DNA of 64,000 bases from Ginglymostoma cirratum (GCA_024137785.1 JAHRHZ010000111.1:34669830-34733829); one strand, 5' to 3'; positions 13,662 through 27,129 are shown, numbered from the stretch's first letter. Numbers and translations are program-made. Notes: generated by a model not told the origin, from the letters alone.

Positions 13662-14914
13662 GTTAGATGTGATTCTATGGTTAGTCGACATTTGTTGAAC
13701 AATCCCAAGTATGCTAAGAATTATTCTAAGTAAAAATGTGCTTTTTTCCTTTATTCATTGATGGGATGAGGGCGTCGCTGGCTAGGCAGCATTTATTGCC
13801 CATCCCTAATTTCCCAGAGGGCAGTTCAGAGTCAACCACATTGCTGTGGGTCTGGAGTCACATGTAGGCCAGACCAGATAAGGATGGCAGTTTCCTTCCC
13901 TAAAGGACATTAGTGAACCAGATGGGTTTTCCCATCAATCAACAATGGATGCATGGTCATCATTAGATTCTTAATTCCAGATGTGTTATTGAATTCAAAT
14001 TCCACCATTTCCTGTGACAGTGATTCGAACCCAAGTCCCCAGAACATTGTCTGGGTCTCCGGATTAACAGTCCGGCAATAATATCACAGGCCATCGCCTC
14101 CCCCATATCATGTTAGATGTGATTCTATGATTGGTCAACATTTGTTGAACAATCCCAAGTATGCCAAGGATTGCCCTAAGAGCAAATTAAACATAATAAT
14201 CAGACTAGCAATGCAACTCACTTGCACTTCCTAGAAACTGTATGCATTTATACGCAGTGACCTGCCCTCTTGAATCAAATCTCAGCATTAAAATTAGCTG
14301 CTTTAATCAGTGAGCAGAATTGTCATACCAGGACATATTTCTGTTCAAGCTCCCTTATTTGGACGTTTGTGAAGAGCCATAGAAACACCGCGAAAAAAAA
14401 AAATTGCATAAGCTTCCCAGCAAATTAACCAATCTAGTTTATTGTGGGTCTGTGAGATTTGGCAGTAAAAATGTTAGAAGTTACCTCCTAGATTTGATAT
14501 CCTGAATTCAATCTAAACAGGCACCAGTGTGTAAAATAACAATGCACCATTGTGGTTTGGTTTAGTCACATCTGTTCTGATCATATCTTGTATCTATCTA
14601 ATTTAGCATGTTAATAATGCCACAAAACATGATGGAGAGTAGTCTGCACAAGGACTGTGCAGTGGTCACCCTCACTAATACTGTCACAAACATATATATG
14701 AACCACAGGTAGATGTTTAAGGATGATACCAATTTGGTTTGGCCCTCAACCTGGGTTTCCTATCGCCTGCTGCCAGCCCATCACTGAAAGCAATGTCATT
14801 TATGGGTCATGTTAGATGTGATTCTGTGATTGGTCAAGATTTGTTGAACAATCTTAAATGCTAAGAATTACTCAAAGAACAAATTAAAGACAATAATCAG
14901 ACCAGCAATGCAGC
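13662..14914 (+). repeat. Three dispersed direct copies of a 70-105 bp unit (13662-13730, 14112-14217, 14811-14914)
   Basis: GTTAGATGTGATTCT.TG.TT.GTC.A.ATTTGTTGAACAATC read directly three times. Confidence 0.9.
13745..14104 (-). mobile_element. tRNA-headed SINE carrying the 3' tail of the second LINE family
   Basis: B-box-like GGTTCGAATC on minus; core CCTTCCCTAAAGGACATTAGTGAACCAGA; reverse complement of 42926-43256. Confidence 0.88.
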
Positions 14915-15964
14915 TAGTCACTGTGATACTTTTAAGCAACTCTTGGTGAGGGACTTTTTTTGTGTATGAGGTCTAACTTTAATTAATCTTCCAAAGGCCT
15001 ACTTCTTGAGATCATGGTCCTCTTTGTAAGAACTCTTTATTTACAACTTAGTGGATGCACATTTTCTCTCAAGACACTTGTAAAGCTTTTACTATACACT
15101 GGTTAAGCTCCTGCTCCATTCTAGTCCTCTCTACATATTCATAAAAGCATCGTAATTACAGAAGTATAGATTATCATCACTGTACATTCAGCTGATGTCT
15201 CATTGTTCAACAAGTGTCGAAGTTCCCTTTACATGCCCATAATTCTTTAACTGTTTCATTTGTAAGAAAAAGCTGAATTCACATTTTAAACATGACGTGG
15301 GATTTGAACTAACATTTGTTTGATGAATAGGTGAGCTGTCTGCACACTTAATCATCAAATGCCATTCCAGATGTTGCTTTAAATTCATAGTACACATCAT
15401 AAAGCTTCTGATTACGAAACTTAAATCTCTGATAACAGTGAATTATCAAACCAGTTTTTAAAATGATTTTCTGCCTGTGGGATCGTCAGGGTACTGCTTC
15501 ATTGTCTTTTCTGTATTACAGGCAGAAACAAAATGTGCTATTTTGGTTTTTAATTGGCTTGAGAGCTTCAAAATGTTGCTTCACTGATTATCACCACAAG
15601 AATTCTTTCTCACAGTCAGGCTGTTAGCACACTTAAATTGGTTAATAAACTAGTAACCATGGAGTTTACAGCGATACATTGACTCATTACCATGAATTAA
15701 CAAAATGCTAATAGTGACACTAAACAGGAACAGTATGTGGCATAGCGAGTGATTAGCAATATGGGAAAAATATTTTGTTTCCATTTTCCGAAATGTTGGT
15801 TTTAATGTCGTGTTTGGGGGTTTGGCATGATGATAAATAAATGCATGTTGTAATTATTTTCAATTCTGATGAAACTTCTGAAGTGGACATCATTGTCAGT
15901 CAAACAAGCTCTGTTTGTCAACTTGGACTGTCTAGCATCAAATAATGCTGATCTTGCTAATGTT

Positions 15965-16122
15965 GATCTTATCTAGCGCACACCCTGTGCAATGTAACCT
16001 GTATGCCTCTGTCTAAATCTTTTTGATCTGTTCATCCTTGCTTTCTGTGATCTGCCAGTACTGCTCATAAACGAAGCATTTCACGGTACTTTGGTACGCA
16101 CCATAATCAACCAATCAATCAA
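15965..16122 (+). mobile_element. 3' end of a non-LTR retroelement with an (ATCA)n tail
   Basis: Ends TTTCACGGTACTTTGGTACG...ATCAACCAATCAATCAA: small stem-loop plus microsatellite tail; clade not assignable. Confidence 0.45.
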
Positions 16123-16494
16123 AAACATAGTGGAAGACACAAGGATAAGCAGGAGACGTTTAAATTTGTCAATGACTTCAATGAGTAGTAGCTTTGACTT
16201 GACCCTTCCTAAAATAACAGTGTAATCAATTATAATTATTTTTACAGGTAAAATTGCACATAGATCTTCCATCAGTGCTGATTGTAATTCTGTGAAAATC
16301 ATGCTTCTTAGTACCAGACTTAATAATTAAAAACAGGGGCTAGAAAATGGAGAACAAAAAAAATTGTATTGCAGCTTATTTGCAACAAGGAGTGTTCAAT
16401 AGAATCATGTGTTAGATGGTACAAAAACTAAAGAGAAATATTTACTCCTTTAAATGTGTACCCCTGTTGTAAACGTGGTTTCACATGGCGCTTT

Positions 16495-17560
16495 TATAAG
16501 ACCATAAAGGTATAAGAAATAAGAGTGGGAGTAGGCCATTCAATAAATCTGACTGATCTTCTAACACGGCTGCATCTTCACACACCATCCAAACATCTAG
16601 AACTCCCTTTCAAACAAAAATCTATTGATTTATATTTTGAAATTACACAACATTTAGTTATACACAGCCACTTGTAATGAAAGATTCCAATGATTTACAG
16701 GTCTTTGAATGAAGAAATTTACCTTCATCCCCGTCCTAAGGTCAGTACCTTATTCAGATACCTCTTCCCCTCATTTTAGATGCCAAGTCAAAAAAAAAAA
16801 TACCTATTATAGAAAGTTCTAATTTACGTATCCCTGCTTCCTATTTTCTATTCATTAACCAATCTCTACTCCATTTTGGCCCAATCCATGAGAATTTTCT
16901 ATAATAGCCTCTTATTTGGAACCGTATAAACGCTTTTGAGAATCAAAACACATTCAATAGATTGGTTCCCCCCTAACTATCCTACTAGCTCCAACTTCTA
17001 AAAATTCCAACAGAATTGTCAAATGCAATTTCCCTTTCATAAATCTGTGTTGACTCTGCCTATCCATGCTGTAAAATTCCAAGAGCTGTATTACCACATC
17101 TATAATAGTAGATTCCAGTATTTTCTCTACCACTTGACATCCTGCTAACTTTATTTTCTCCATCCCTATTTTCTTCATGTGTGTCACGTTTGCTAGCTTC
17201 TAATGCATAGGGATGTTATAATACTGAGGGTATTCTGGAAGATAAAAAATCACTATCTGTAGTGATTGAAACCATGGCCAGGCCAATCTCAGTGAGTATG
17301 AGATCCCTGATTAGGATTGTTAACCTCGTCCAATCAGGGAACAGGAGTCTCAGAGATTCTCACTATTTTAGGGACTCTGAGCTGGCTGGTCAGAGTTCAT
17401 GTAGTGTGCATGTGTACACAAAGGGTGACTTGGTGATGGGATACCAGCCTCATTGGATTGATTTTACTGTCTCTGTAGGTTACCTCTTTTCAAAGTTTTA
17501 GATGTAGACCATCAAGCATAGGAAATTTGATAGCTTTTAATTCCACATATTTCTATTTCC
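16495..17560 (-). mobile_element. Old CR1 LINE fragment with a solo LTR inserted
   Basis: ORF 16954-17187 (KILESTI..RQSQHRFMKGK..LLEFLE) is CR1 RT; ATAAG-type tail at about 16500. Confidence 0.8.
17258..17466 (+). mobile_element. Short solo LTR (~209 bp)
   Basis: Starts TGTAGTG, ends ..TTTTA (decayed CA), contains CCAAT; flanked by 5-bp CTATC/CTGTC; host CR1 rejoins as CACTATC|TCTGTAG. Confidence 0.7.
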
Positions 17561-19029
17561 CAAAAGCAATTGATAAATTTTTGATACCATGAAAGTCTGT
17601 AGTCGAGCCTTCCAAAAGGAGAGAGAAGTAAAGAAATTGAAAGACGCAGTACGCATGACCACTGTCAGAGCATCATAATCAACATTGTGAGGTTATTGGT
17701 GATACGGGCACATTTGCTTACAACATTGGGACTTGATCACCTTCAATAAATTACATTTTATGAGGTAAATGAAACATTTGGTTTCTTTTGCCTTCTTATC
17801 TTTCCTCTGAAAGACATTTTCCTTCATTACAACTTGATCCAGTATTTGATAGACATGCCCCCAATGGCACCTGGGGTCTTTGTTCTGTTCAGGTGGCTGC
17901 CCAAATGCCTTAGCAGATTTTCCTCTGGGTCTTCTTTCCCTGTGGTGCATGAGGTATGGTTAAATCACATAAGGAACCTCAACCCTAACCCAATCTCAGC
18001 TGCATCTGCTAGAACTCCATTGTAACCACGATGGATCTTAAGGCCTTCCAAATAACATGCCCTGGAAAGAGATGGCAACGATTATGATATATAAATGAGG
18101 TTCTAATCTTAGTAATTTGGCAGGATGCTGCAGTCAACACCTCCTACAAGGATTTCTCAGTTCATGGGAAACCCAGAATTAGAGAGAATAGAATCATTCA
18201 ACGTACAACTGATGTGATGGGGAGCGCAGAGGGTTCTGCCATAATACGTGTTCCAGCAATACTAATTGGCTATAACTCAATTGACCAATAGGGGAATGCC
18301 AATTCTAAGATGTGAACTTATGTTCACTATAGCACGATTCCATTGAGTATGTGATGACATCGCAGGCTTTGTCAAAGGAAAATTTCTTTTCTTCGATCCT
18401 TGCAGATGGTGTTCAGAGTAAATGTTCAGAGTAAATCACAATGAGCACATTTCAAAAAGGTAATTGGATTGTATGCCATAAACCTCAAATATAATACCAC
18501 ACAGAAAACAACCATCTTATTAGGAAAATATCTGAAGCCTTAGTTTGAAGAGTTTATGGTGAATACATTAAATGCAAAATAATGAAACATAGTTTAAAAT
18601 AATATGAGTGCTGTTAAAACATGCACCTTTGTGAGTTGTATTTTTGCCTAGATTTTGTTACATATTTAATGTGTAAGAACTTTTGAACTTGCTCATGTAG
18701 ATAATTTATACCAAAATTTGTCTGTGTTCTTTTCCAGCACTATTTTGAATACTGTATATCATTATCAGAATTGAGTTGATAGGTAAACACATAAGTGATA
18801 AACATCCATCACGTTAATGGCACTTTTTTTGCTAAAACTTTAATGACTTGTCAAGCATTTTGTAAAGACAGTGACATAGTAAGGAGCAGGGCCAGAAGTT
18901 ACAATTCCCAACTCTGAGAATTCCCATGCTTCTGATCTCCCAGGATTCAAATGTGCCAATGATGGAGATGCATGTGGCGAGACCAGAAATACAAGGCTGT
19001 AATTTGAAGGAGACACAAAGTACTTTTCA

Positions 19030-19125
19030 GAGATAACAAGGTGTAGAGCTGGATGAACACAGCAGGCCAAGCAGCATCAGAGGAGCAGGAAAGCTGACAT
19101 TTCAGGTCTGGACCCTTCTTCAGAA
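19030..19125 (-). mobile_element. PLE terminal-repeat (pLTR) fragment with hammerhead core
   Basis: Same family as 54130-54261 and 51781-51867; minus strand CTGAAGA-A-GGGTC-CA-GACCT-GAAA-TGTC at 19096-19123. Confidence 0.75.
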
Positions 19126-19949
19126 GAAGAGCTTGACGACCATAGATATTCAGACCTGTAATTAGACGTAAAAGAACATTATTAGTAATTTTTAGAGACT
19201 TAGAATTTAAGTTCACAAGTTTAAAATGGTTATAAGTAATGGTAGAGTTAGATCTGCTGCGGGAGCTCGCAAAGAGTCGTCTGATGTTGGCGCCGTCTTA
19301 CATCATAGATTCCAGTTTTAATGGCTCTGGTTGCATTTGCTTAGCTGACCTGACAAGAAGGCAATTAGTGTGCACAATATCATGATCGTGATTACTCCAG
19401 GATATAATTCCTAAAATGCATTCTTAGCCAATCAATGCCTTGCCAATGAAGACCAAATTGCATCCAGATGGGTGACATTACTATGGAGGCATGATGCAAT
19501 TGCCCTTAGCAGGGCTTCCAATTCCATTGACTTGTGTTGTTCACTTTCCTCAGAACTGCATTGACCTACACCCACCACCAACAACCCCCACTCCAGCCCA
19601 CCCCACACCCTGCCCCGATAGGATGACTGACCATTATTGAAACAAACCTCCAGGATTGACTGTGGATCACCTCCTCAGTCTGATGTGGCAGGATAATCCT
19701 GACTGACCATGGCTGATCTCACATATTCATTTCTGATTAACCTTCTGCTTGACCTGTAGAATGACCTGGATTCTGGTTCTGATGCTTGACTGACTATGGT
19801 CAACCCTCTGGACTGGAATCGGCCCCTTGATTCACTGTGGCATTCCCCCTAACTGCGTGTGGTCCACTTAAACTGAACTAAGGTCCACTCCCCTTTAAAT
19901 TAGAAAAAAAAAGACGAAGGGAAGTCTGAGTATGTAGTATTTGTGAAGA

Positions 19950-22642
19950 ACCAAATTGCATTTGTTTCAGTGCAAGGGGTCTTACAGGTAAGGCTGATGA
20001 ACACAAGGCATGTTTAAGAACATAGGATTGGGACATCATTGCTATTACAGAAACTTTGTTGAGAGATGGTTACTCAATGTTCCGGGTTTTAGGTGCTATA
20101 GGATGGATAGGAAAGGAGGCAAGAAAGGGGCATGGAGGTTAGCATTTTTGATTAAGGAATACATTCCTGCTGTAACTAGAGAAGATATTTCTGAAAAAAA
20201 ATTGTCCAGTGAAAATATATGAATAGAAATTAGAAATAAGAAAGGAATGATCATTTTGATGGGATTGTACTATAGGCTTCCCAATATTAAGGGGGAAATT
20301 GAGAAACAATTGAGAAACAATCTGAGGGAGGTCAGATATATGTAAGCATAATAAGGGTATAATAATGGGGGATTTTAATTTTCCAAACATTGACTGGGGC
20401 TGCTGTGGTGTTAAAGGTTTTGACAGTGAAGAATTTGTCAGGTGTATTCAAGTACTTTTTATTTATCAATGTGTGAATGCTCCTGCTAGAGAAGAAGCAT
20501 AAGCAGACCTTCTTTTGGGCAATAATGCAGGGCAGGTGACTGGAGTAAAAGTGGGGGAACACTTTGGGTCTAGTGATCATAATTTTATTAGTTTCAAAAT
20601 GTTTATGGAAAAGGATAAGCCTTCCATAAAAGTTAAAGATTTTAATTGAAGTAAGGCAAATTTTAATGGTATGAGACAAGAACTTCCAAAAGTTGATTGT
20701 TTGCAGGTAAAAGGATTCCTGACAAGTGGGAGGTATTTATGAATGTGATGATGAGTGTTCAAAGGCATTATGTTCCTGTTAGAGTGAAGGGTAAGGCTGG
20801 TAAGGTTAAGGAACATTGGATGAATAAAGATATTGCGGTTCTAGTCAAGAATAAAAGAGAATTGTATTTTAGTATAGACAACTTGTTTCAATTGAATCTC
20901 TTAATCAATATAAAGAGTGTAGGGGCATTCTTAAGAAAGAAACCAGGAGGGTAAAAGAGGGATATAAGATAACAATGGCACATAAGGTTAAGGAGTAGCT
21001 AAGGAATGCAGAGAAATAAACTTTGATGTTTTAAAAATAGTTCACATTACAGAAGAGGGAGTTTGGGAGCTCTTAGAGAATATAAAGGTGGATAAATTTC
21101 CAGGACCTGATCTAAAGTATCCCAGAACATTATGGAAAGTAAGGGAGGAAATTGCAAGACTCCTTGCAGAAATATTTGTATCATCTACAACTATAGGTGA
21201 AGTGCCTGATGACTGGAAGGTGGCTAATGTTGTACCTTTGCTTAAGAAAGATTGTAAGGAGAAACCGAAAACTATAGTCGTGTGAGTCTGACTTCAACTG
21301 TGGGTAAATTGTTGGAGGTGTTTATAAAAGATAGGTTTTATGGACATTTAGAGAGGCAAAAATTGATTAGGGATAGTCAGCATGGTTTTGTGCGAGGCAA
21401 ATCGCGTGTCACAAACTTGATTGAGTTTTTTGAGGAAGTTATCAAAATGTTTGATGATGGCAGACCAGTAAACATTGTTTATTTGGATTTTAGTAAAGCC
21501 TTTGACAAGGTTCCACGTGGTAGACTAAGTAGTAATGTTAGGCCATTCAGGATGAGCTTGCCAATTAGACACATAATTGGCTTGAAGCCAGGAGACAGAG
21601 GGTGATGGTGAAGGTTTCTTTTCGGACTGTCACCAGCAATGTTCCACAGGGATCGTTAATGGGTCCTCTTTTGTTTGTCATTTATATTAATGATTTAGAT
21701 GAGAATATAAAAGGCTTGGTTAGTAAGTTTGTGGACAACACCAAGATTGGAGGCATAGTAGACAGTGAAAAAGATTTTCTAAGATTACAAAGGGATCTTG
21801 ATCAAATGGGACAATGGGCTGAAAAATGGCAGATGGAGTTCAATGTGAATAAATGTGAGGTACTGTATTTTGGTACAACAAACAAGGGTAGCACTTGGAC
21901 AATTAATGGTAGGACCTTGGGTAGTGTCGTAGAACAGAGAGACCTAGAGGTGCAGGTACATAATTGTTTGAAGTGTGCACCACATATAGACAGGATGGTT
22001 AAAAAGGTATTTGGTATGCTTGTCTTCATTGCTCAGTCCTTTGAGTATCGGTTTGGGCTATCATGTTGAGGTTGTACAGGACATTGGTGAGGCCTCTTCT
22101 GGAATATTGCGTCCAGTTCTGGTCGTCCATTTAGGAATGATATTATTAAGCTGCAGTACATTCAGAAGAGATTTATCTGGATGTTGCTGGGTATGGAAGG
22201 TTTAAGTTGTAAAGAAAGGATGGATAAGCTAGGACTTTTTTCACTGGAGCGTAGGAGGTTGGGAGATGACCTGATTGCAGTTTACAAAATCATGAGAAGT
22301 ATAGATAGAGTTAGTGGAAGTTGTCTTTGTCTTAGGATGGATGATTTCAAGACGAGGGGGCACATTTTTAAGGTGAGAGGAGAGAGATCTATAAAAGACA
22401 TGTGAGGCAAATTTTTTACACAGGGGGTGGTTCTCATGTGGAATGAACCACCTGAGGAAGTGATGGATGCGGGTACAATTACAATGTTTAAAAGGCATTT
22501 GGGTACATGAATAGGAAAGGTTTGGAGGGATATGGGCCAGGAGCAGGCAGGTCAGTCTAGTTTAGTTTGTAATTATGTTCTGCATGGACTGGTTGGACTG
22601 AAAGGTCTGTCTCTGTGCTGTATGACTTCTATGACTCTGTGA
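19950..22642 (+). mobile_element. CR1 LINE, nearly full ORF2 (APE endonuclease + RT), pseudogenised
   Basis: EN motifs GLYYR.PN, MGDFNFPNIDW, SDHN; RT motifs PGPD..YPR, VPDDWKVANVVPL, SQHGF, YLDFSKAFDKVP, PQGS, YINDLD; many stops, deletion near 21000; CTATGACT tail. Confidence 0.96.
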
Positions 22643-24194
22643 CTTTCACAATGACCAATGTGCTTGAAGCACATGCAGATTGTGTTTGCCATGCAAATGC
22701 CTGGCACATGCTGGAGATGTGCTGTTGTCAGCACAGTGCTGCACAGTGACATGCCCATCTCCTTGCTCGTTCAATCCTCCCACACCGTGACAAATTACCT
22801 ACCTCTCCTCCTTCAATGCAGGCCACAAAGGCTGGCAACCTATAACTGAGCAATGATAGAAAGCAACCTGAACCACACAGAGGCTGCCAGTCCATGCTGA
22901 AACCAGTGGGTGTGCTCAAAAAAAAGCAATATGAAGCAGACAGAGGCTGGAAGTCTCCAAGTAAGTGGAAGGTGAGTGAGCAACAAGAAAACAAGATAAG
23001 AGCCATTGGATGTATTCTGTGCAAATGCTGAGTGTTACTGTGTGCAAAATGTGCCGGCAGAAGCATGCAGGTTGTGGGTGTCCCTGAGCTGCAAGGTAAG
23101 GTGTTGAAGTGCTGTCTGTGTTGGTCTGAGAGTGGGCAGGGTGATGGGGCAAGGCTGGTGGTTTACTGTAGAGGGAAGTTTGAGGTGGATGTTGGCCGTG
23201 GAGCGTGAAGGACGTTGTGATGAAGGCACAGTCAGGTGATGCCTGGGACAAATAAAGAATAAGTCACAGCTGCCAGATAGCCGTTCTGATCTACATGTTG
23301 GAAATTAGTGCTCTCTTTCTCGGTGGATGGGAGGAGAATTGGAAGTGGAAGAAAAATGAGACAAACTGAGGTATTAATGAGATGAAAATACATGGAATAA
23401 AGTGGTCATTGCTTAATAGTAAGAGTTTGAAGTTGCTGTTTAAACCTTAAAGGGAAATTGGAAATGTCAAGATTTTGATTTTCGTCTTTCGGTCTATATT
23501 TTCCCATCTTTAAGGTCACTGCTTACACCATACCACAGACAGAAAAGTGTCTATCTATAATAGGGTGGAGAGCTGGACTATTAAACTGGACTATCTCAAA
23601 GTGTCTATCTACCTGGTTTGCATCGTGAATGCAAAGTTAAATCCCTCACCACCCACTGTCTTAAAAAAATTAGAGCTCAGAGAATCAGGGAGGAATTGCA
23701 GCCAAGGATGAATGAGTCAAGAAAAGGTGGGGAGGTAGCATTTTAGAGTTTAAGATTGTGAATGCAAACAAGTTCTGATGGATTCATTTCCAGAAATCTA
23801 ATGGGCATTCTTAATGTTGATGAGATATTGTATTTGGAGTTGCAATTAACATTTTCAGGATACAGTAATGTGATATTTGCAGATTTGTTTTTAACCAGGC
23901 TCCAAATTTTACTTCTGTGCATGGCTTTCCCATGGTTTAGACAAATGGCCAGGGAAATGAAGGCGCATTTGAGCAGTCATTCAATGAGGTATTTAAACTT
24001 GTCAATGTCCCATTGGAATAAAAGCTCGCTTATTGCAGCTGATGCCTCCATTCCCTCTGGTAAACATTTGGCAGCGTGCTTGGGTGCATGCAATTATTTT
24101 CTACCTTGGAACTTTTCAAACTGCAAGAATGGAAAGAATTGGCACACATCAGGTATAAATTCATGACAGGCTGAAATGAGATCAATATTTTCAT

Positions 24195-24306
24195 TAGGAG
24201 GGAGATGCACCAGAGGGAGATGTATAAGGAGGCAAGTGGACAGGAAAAGAGGTACACAGGGCAGAAATGGACATGGGAAGAGGTACACAGGGTGAAGATG
24301 CACAGG
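24195..24306 (+). repeat. Degenerate purine-rich minisatellite (~15 bp unit)
   Basis: Recurrent GGGAGATGCAC / AAGAGGTACACAGGG / GAAGATGCACAGG. Confidence 0.7.
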
Positions 24307-25444
24307 TCAAAGCAGCCTTGGTTACAAGTAGCAACCTTCACATTTTAGAATAAAATCTTGCAGTCTGCTCAAAGCACAGGACCGTCCTTCACCCTCTGTG
24401 CCCAATGGACCTATTATATGTCAATATTTGTTGACAAACAACTGAAAGGGTGAGTTGACAACTTGGGATGTAAATATGGGCAAGATGTTGAGATGGTTCT
24501 AATCGATACATTTTACATTGCAATAATAGAAGAAGGAAATTGACAATACAAGATTTTGTCATACAACCCTGTCCGTATCCCTTGGTGAATTGAAATGTCT
24601 TTAATTACCTTTTGGTTCCCTATGACACATATTGTTTGTCTTCAGCAGAGATAGAAGCCCATGCTTTGAATGCTCAGTTATTGTCAGGGCTATATTTCGA
24701 GGTTTTGAAGCCTCTGAGGACCTCACCAAAGACTGACCACTTGTACCATTGCAGGGCAGACTCGGCCATCAGGAGAGCAGCTAGCTTGGCTGAGGGTTGG
24801 TGAGGGAGCAAGGGAAACTGGCAATAATTGGAAACGTTTGGAGTATGGCCCCTTTCTCAAATATTCTTCTTTGGGACCAGCACTATTTGAGTATGATAGG
24901 GAGGGTTCATAAACTTTCAATCCAGTCACCAGAGGGTTTCAGCCAGATGGCCTTTATTTACCTGAGAATGCAATAGAATGTCTTTTGAGCTGAGCTATGC
25001 TACACCCAACTACCCTGCAGCGAGCCAAACGATGACTTCTGACATCAAAGATACATTCCCAGCACACCCCAGGTCTCATCTGGACATTCATTAAATCCTA
25101 TAACTACAACTTCCCTCAAATATATTTTGAGATCCCAACATAACTTACTAAAAGTATTTTTTTTTATCATCATTAACCAAAACATTTAGGTATAACATGT
25201 TCTTATTTAACTATAAATGCTATCCAATCCCACCATCTCCCCCAAAGACTCAAGATCTGTGGGTCCACATAATCCCTGGTCATATCAATCAGAGTGATGT
25301 AGGTGGGTTATGGCCTGGGGGCTGAGTGGATGAGACAGGCAGCGTATGGACAAGAACATCACCCTACATGTGAAAAATCTGTGGATCACCTGTGGACGAG
25401 GGCAGTGGAGTCAGAGTTATCATGTTACTGTGAAAGAGACCAAG

Positions 25445-26495
25445 CAGAGTATAGATAGTGTAAATAGGAAGGTAGATTATTATTTGAATGGCTGTAAATT
25501 GAGAGAGTGGGGTGTTTGATGTAACTGGGGTCTCTCGTGCTGAAAGTAAGCATGCAGGTGCGGCAGGCAGTAAAGAAGCCAAAATGTATGTTGACCTTTG
25601 CAGTGAGAGAATTCCAGTACAGGAACAAGGATGACTTGCTGCAAATATACAGGGCACTAGTGAGGCTGCACTTGGAATATTGTGTGCAGTTTTGGGTTCC
25701 TTATCTGAGGAAGGATGTTCTTGTGGTGAAATGTAGCGAAGGTTGAAGAAATTAATTCCTGGGATGGCAGCACTGGCGTATGAGGAGAGATTGAGTCAGA
25801 TTGTATTTAGAAGAATGAGGGAGTATCTCACAGAAACCTGCAGAATTCTAACACAACTGAACAGGTTAGATGCAGAAAGTATCTTTCCCATGGTGGGGGA
25901 GTCCAGAATCAAGGATCATGGTTTAAGGATCAGAGTTGAACCTTTTAGAGCTGAGATGAGGAGCAATGTCTTCACCCAGTGTGGTGAGCCTGCTAAATTG
26001 TTTACCACAGAAAGTGGTCGAGGCCAAAACATTGTGTTTTTTAGAGGAGGTAGCAATAGCTGCTGTGGCTAAAGAACTTACTTCTCTCAGGGCAGTGACT
26101 TGAAAGAAATTCAGGGATTTACATGTACATATTAATCAATCAAAACATTCTAACCGATTAAAGATTTATCAGTATCTTAGGTTTGTTTAATACATCCTCA
26201 TCAGTTGTGTAACCCTTTGACCTTTTATGTACAAATTCTGTGTTCTGTGTACTTCTTTCTCACTTCACCTGGTGAAGGGGCTAGGCTCTGAAAGCTTGTG
26301 TTTTCAAATCAACCTGTTGGACTATAACCTGGTGTCATTTGATTTTTGACCGTGACTAAAGAAATCAAGGTATATCAGGGGAGGGCAGAACTAGGGCACT
26401 GAGCTCAAAGATCATCCATGATCATATAGAATGGCAGAGCATGCCTGAGTGGTTGAATAGCCCACTCCTGCTCCTACCTTCTATGTTTTTATGTT
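25445..26495 (+). mobile_element. CR1 LINE 3' fragment with a PLE insertion
   Basis: ORFs 25537-25746 (ALVRLHLEYCVQFW.PYLRKD) and 25743-26072; TTCTATG tail. Confidence 0.92.
26077..26351 (+). mobile_element. PLE pLTR fragment with 12-bp TSD and a mutated hammerhead
   Basis: Flanks GTGGCTAAAGAA (26065-76) and GTGACTAAAGAA (26352-63); reverse complement of parts of 58153-58545. Confidence 0.8.
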
Positions 26496-26654
26496 AAGAA
26501 CATGGCTGGGCTATCCTGCGAAGAATTCTATGTGGGGTTTCCAGGTACTATCTAAGACAGTGCACTCCGTCTTCTAGTATTGTCCATCAGCAACCATGAG
26601 GCCATTTTGTGAAGGAGCATGTTGGTAGGTGGGTAGTGCTACGAGCCAATCAAC

Positions 26655-26975
26655 AGTTACAGAAACAGAATTATTACAGCACAGAAGGTGGTGATTTGGT
26701 CCATTCTGCCTGCATCAGTTCTTTAATAAGGCATCATTACCTCATCATACAATGCCCTTTTCAAATGCTTCCACTACATTTCATGGCAGTCCTTTCCAAA
26801 CCCTAACTAAATGTCATGTGAACAAGTTTTTTCTCAATCCCCCCTTGCTTCTTTCTCGGATGACTTTAAATCTAAGCCTCCTGAGTTCCTGTTTGTTTTA
26901 TGGACAGGAACAGCTTCTCCCTATCTATTCTGGCGAACCTGCTCATGATTTTGAAAATTCTTGGTCATCAACATC
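26655..26975 (-). mobile_element. Old CR1 3' fragment
   Basis: Reverse complement of the CR1 3' end (GGCAGTCCTTTCCAAACCCTAAC, CTCATGATTTTGAA). Confidence 0.65.
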
Positions 26976-27129
26976 ATGAACATCTCAAGCACATCCTCAT
27001 TCTTCCCATTGCCTTGAGAATGGAGTGGAAAGCTCATGACACGATAAAACTGAAAGGAAGCAACAAATTCCCTGAAGGGTTCATTTATGAAACGCAATCT
27101 GTTATTTGAGACAATCTCTGAATGTGGAA

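Noticed and set aside
13662-14914. Repeat-spacer pattern reminiscent of CRISPR
   Set aside because: Vertebrate DNA; repeats too long and divergent; spacers of hundreds of bp, one of them a SINE
23762-24166. 134-aa ORF in unique DNA
   Set aside because: No recognisable domain or convincing splice sites; the length is attainable by chance
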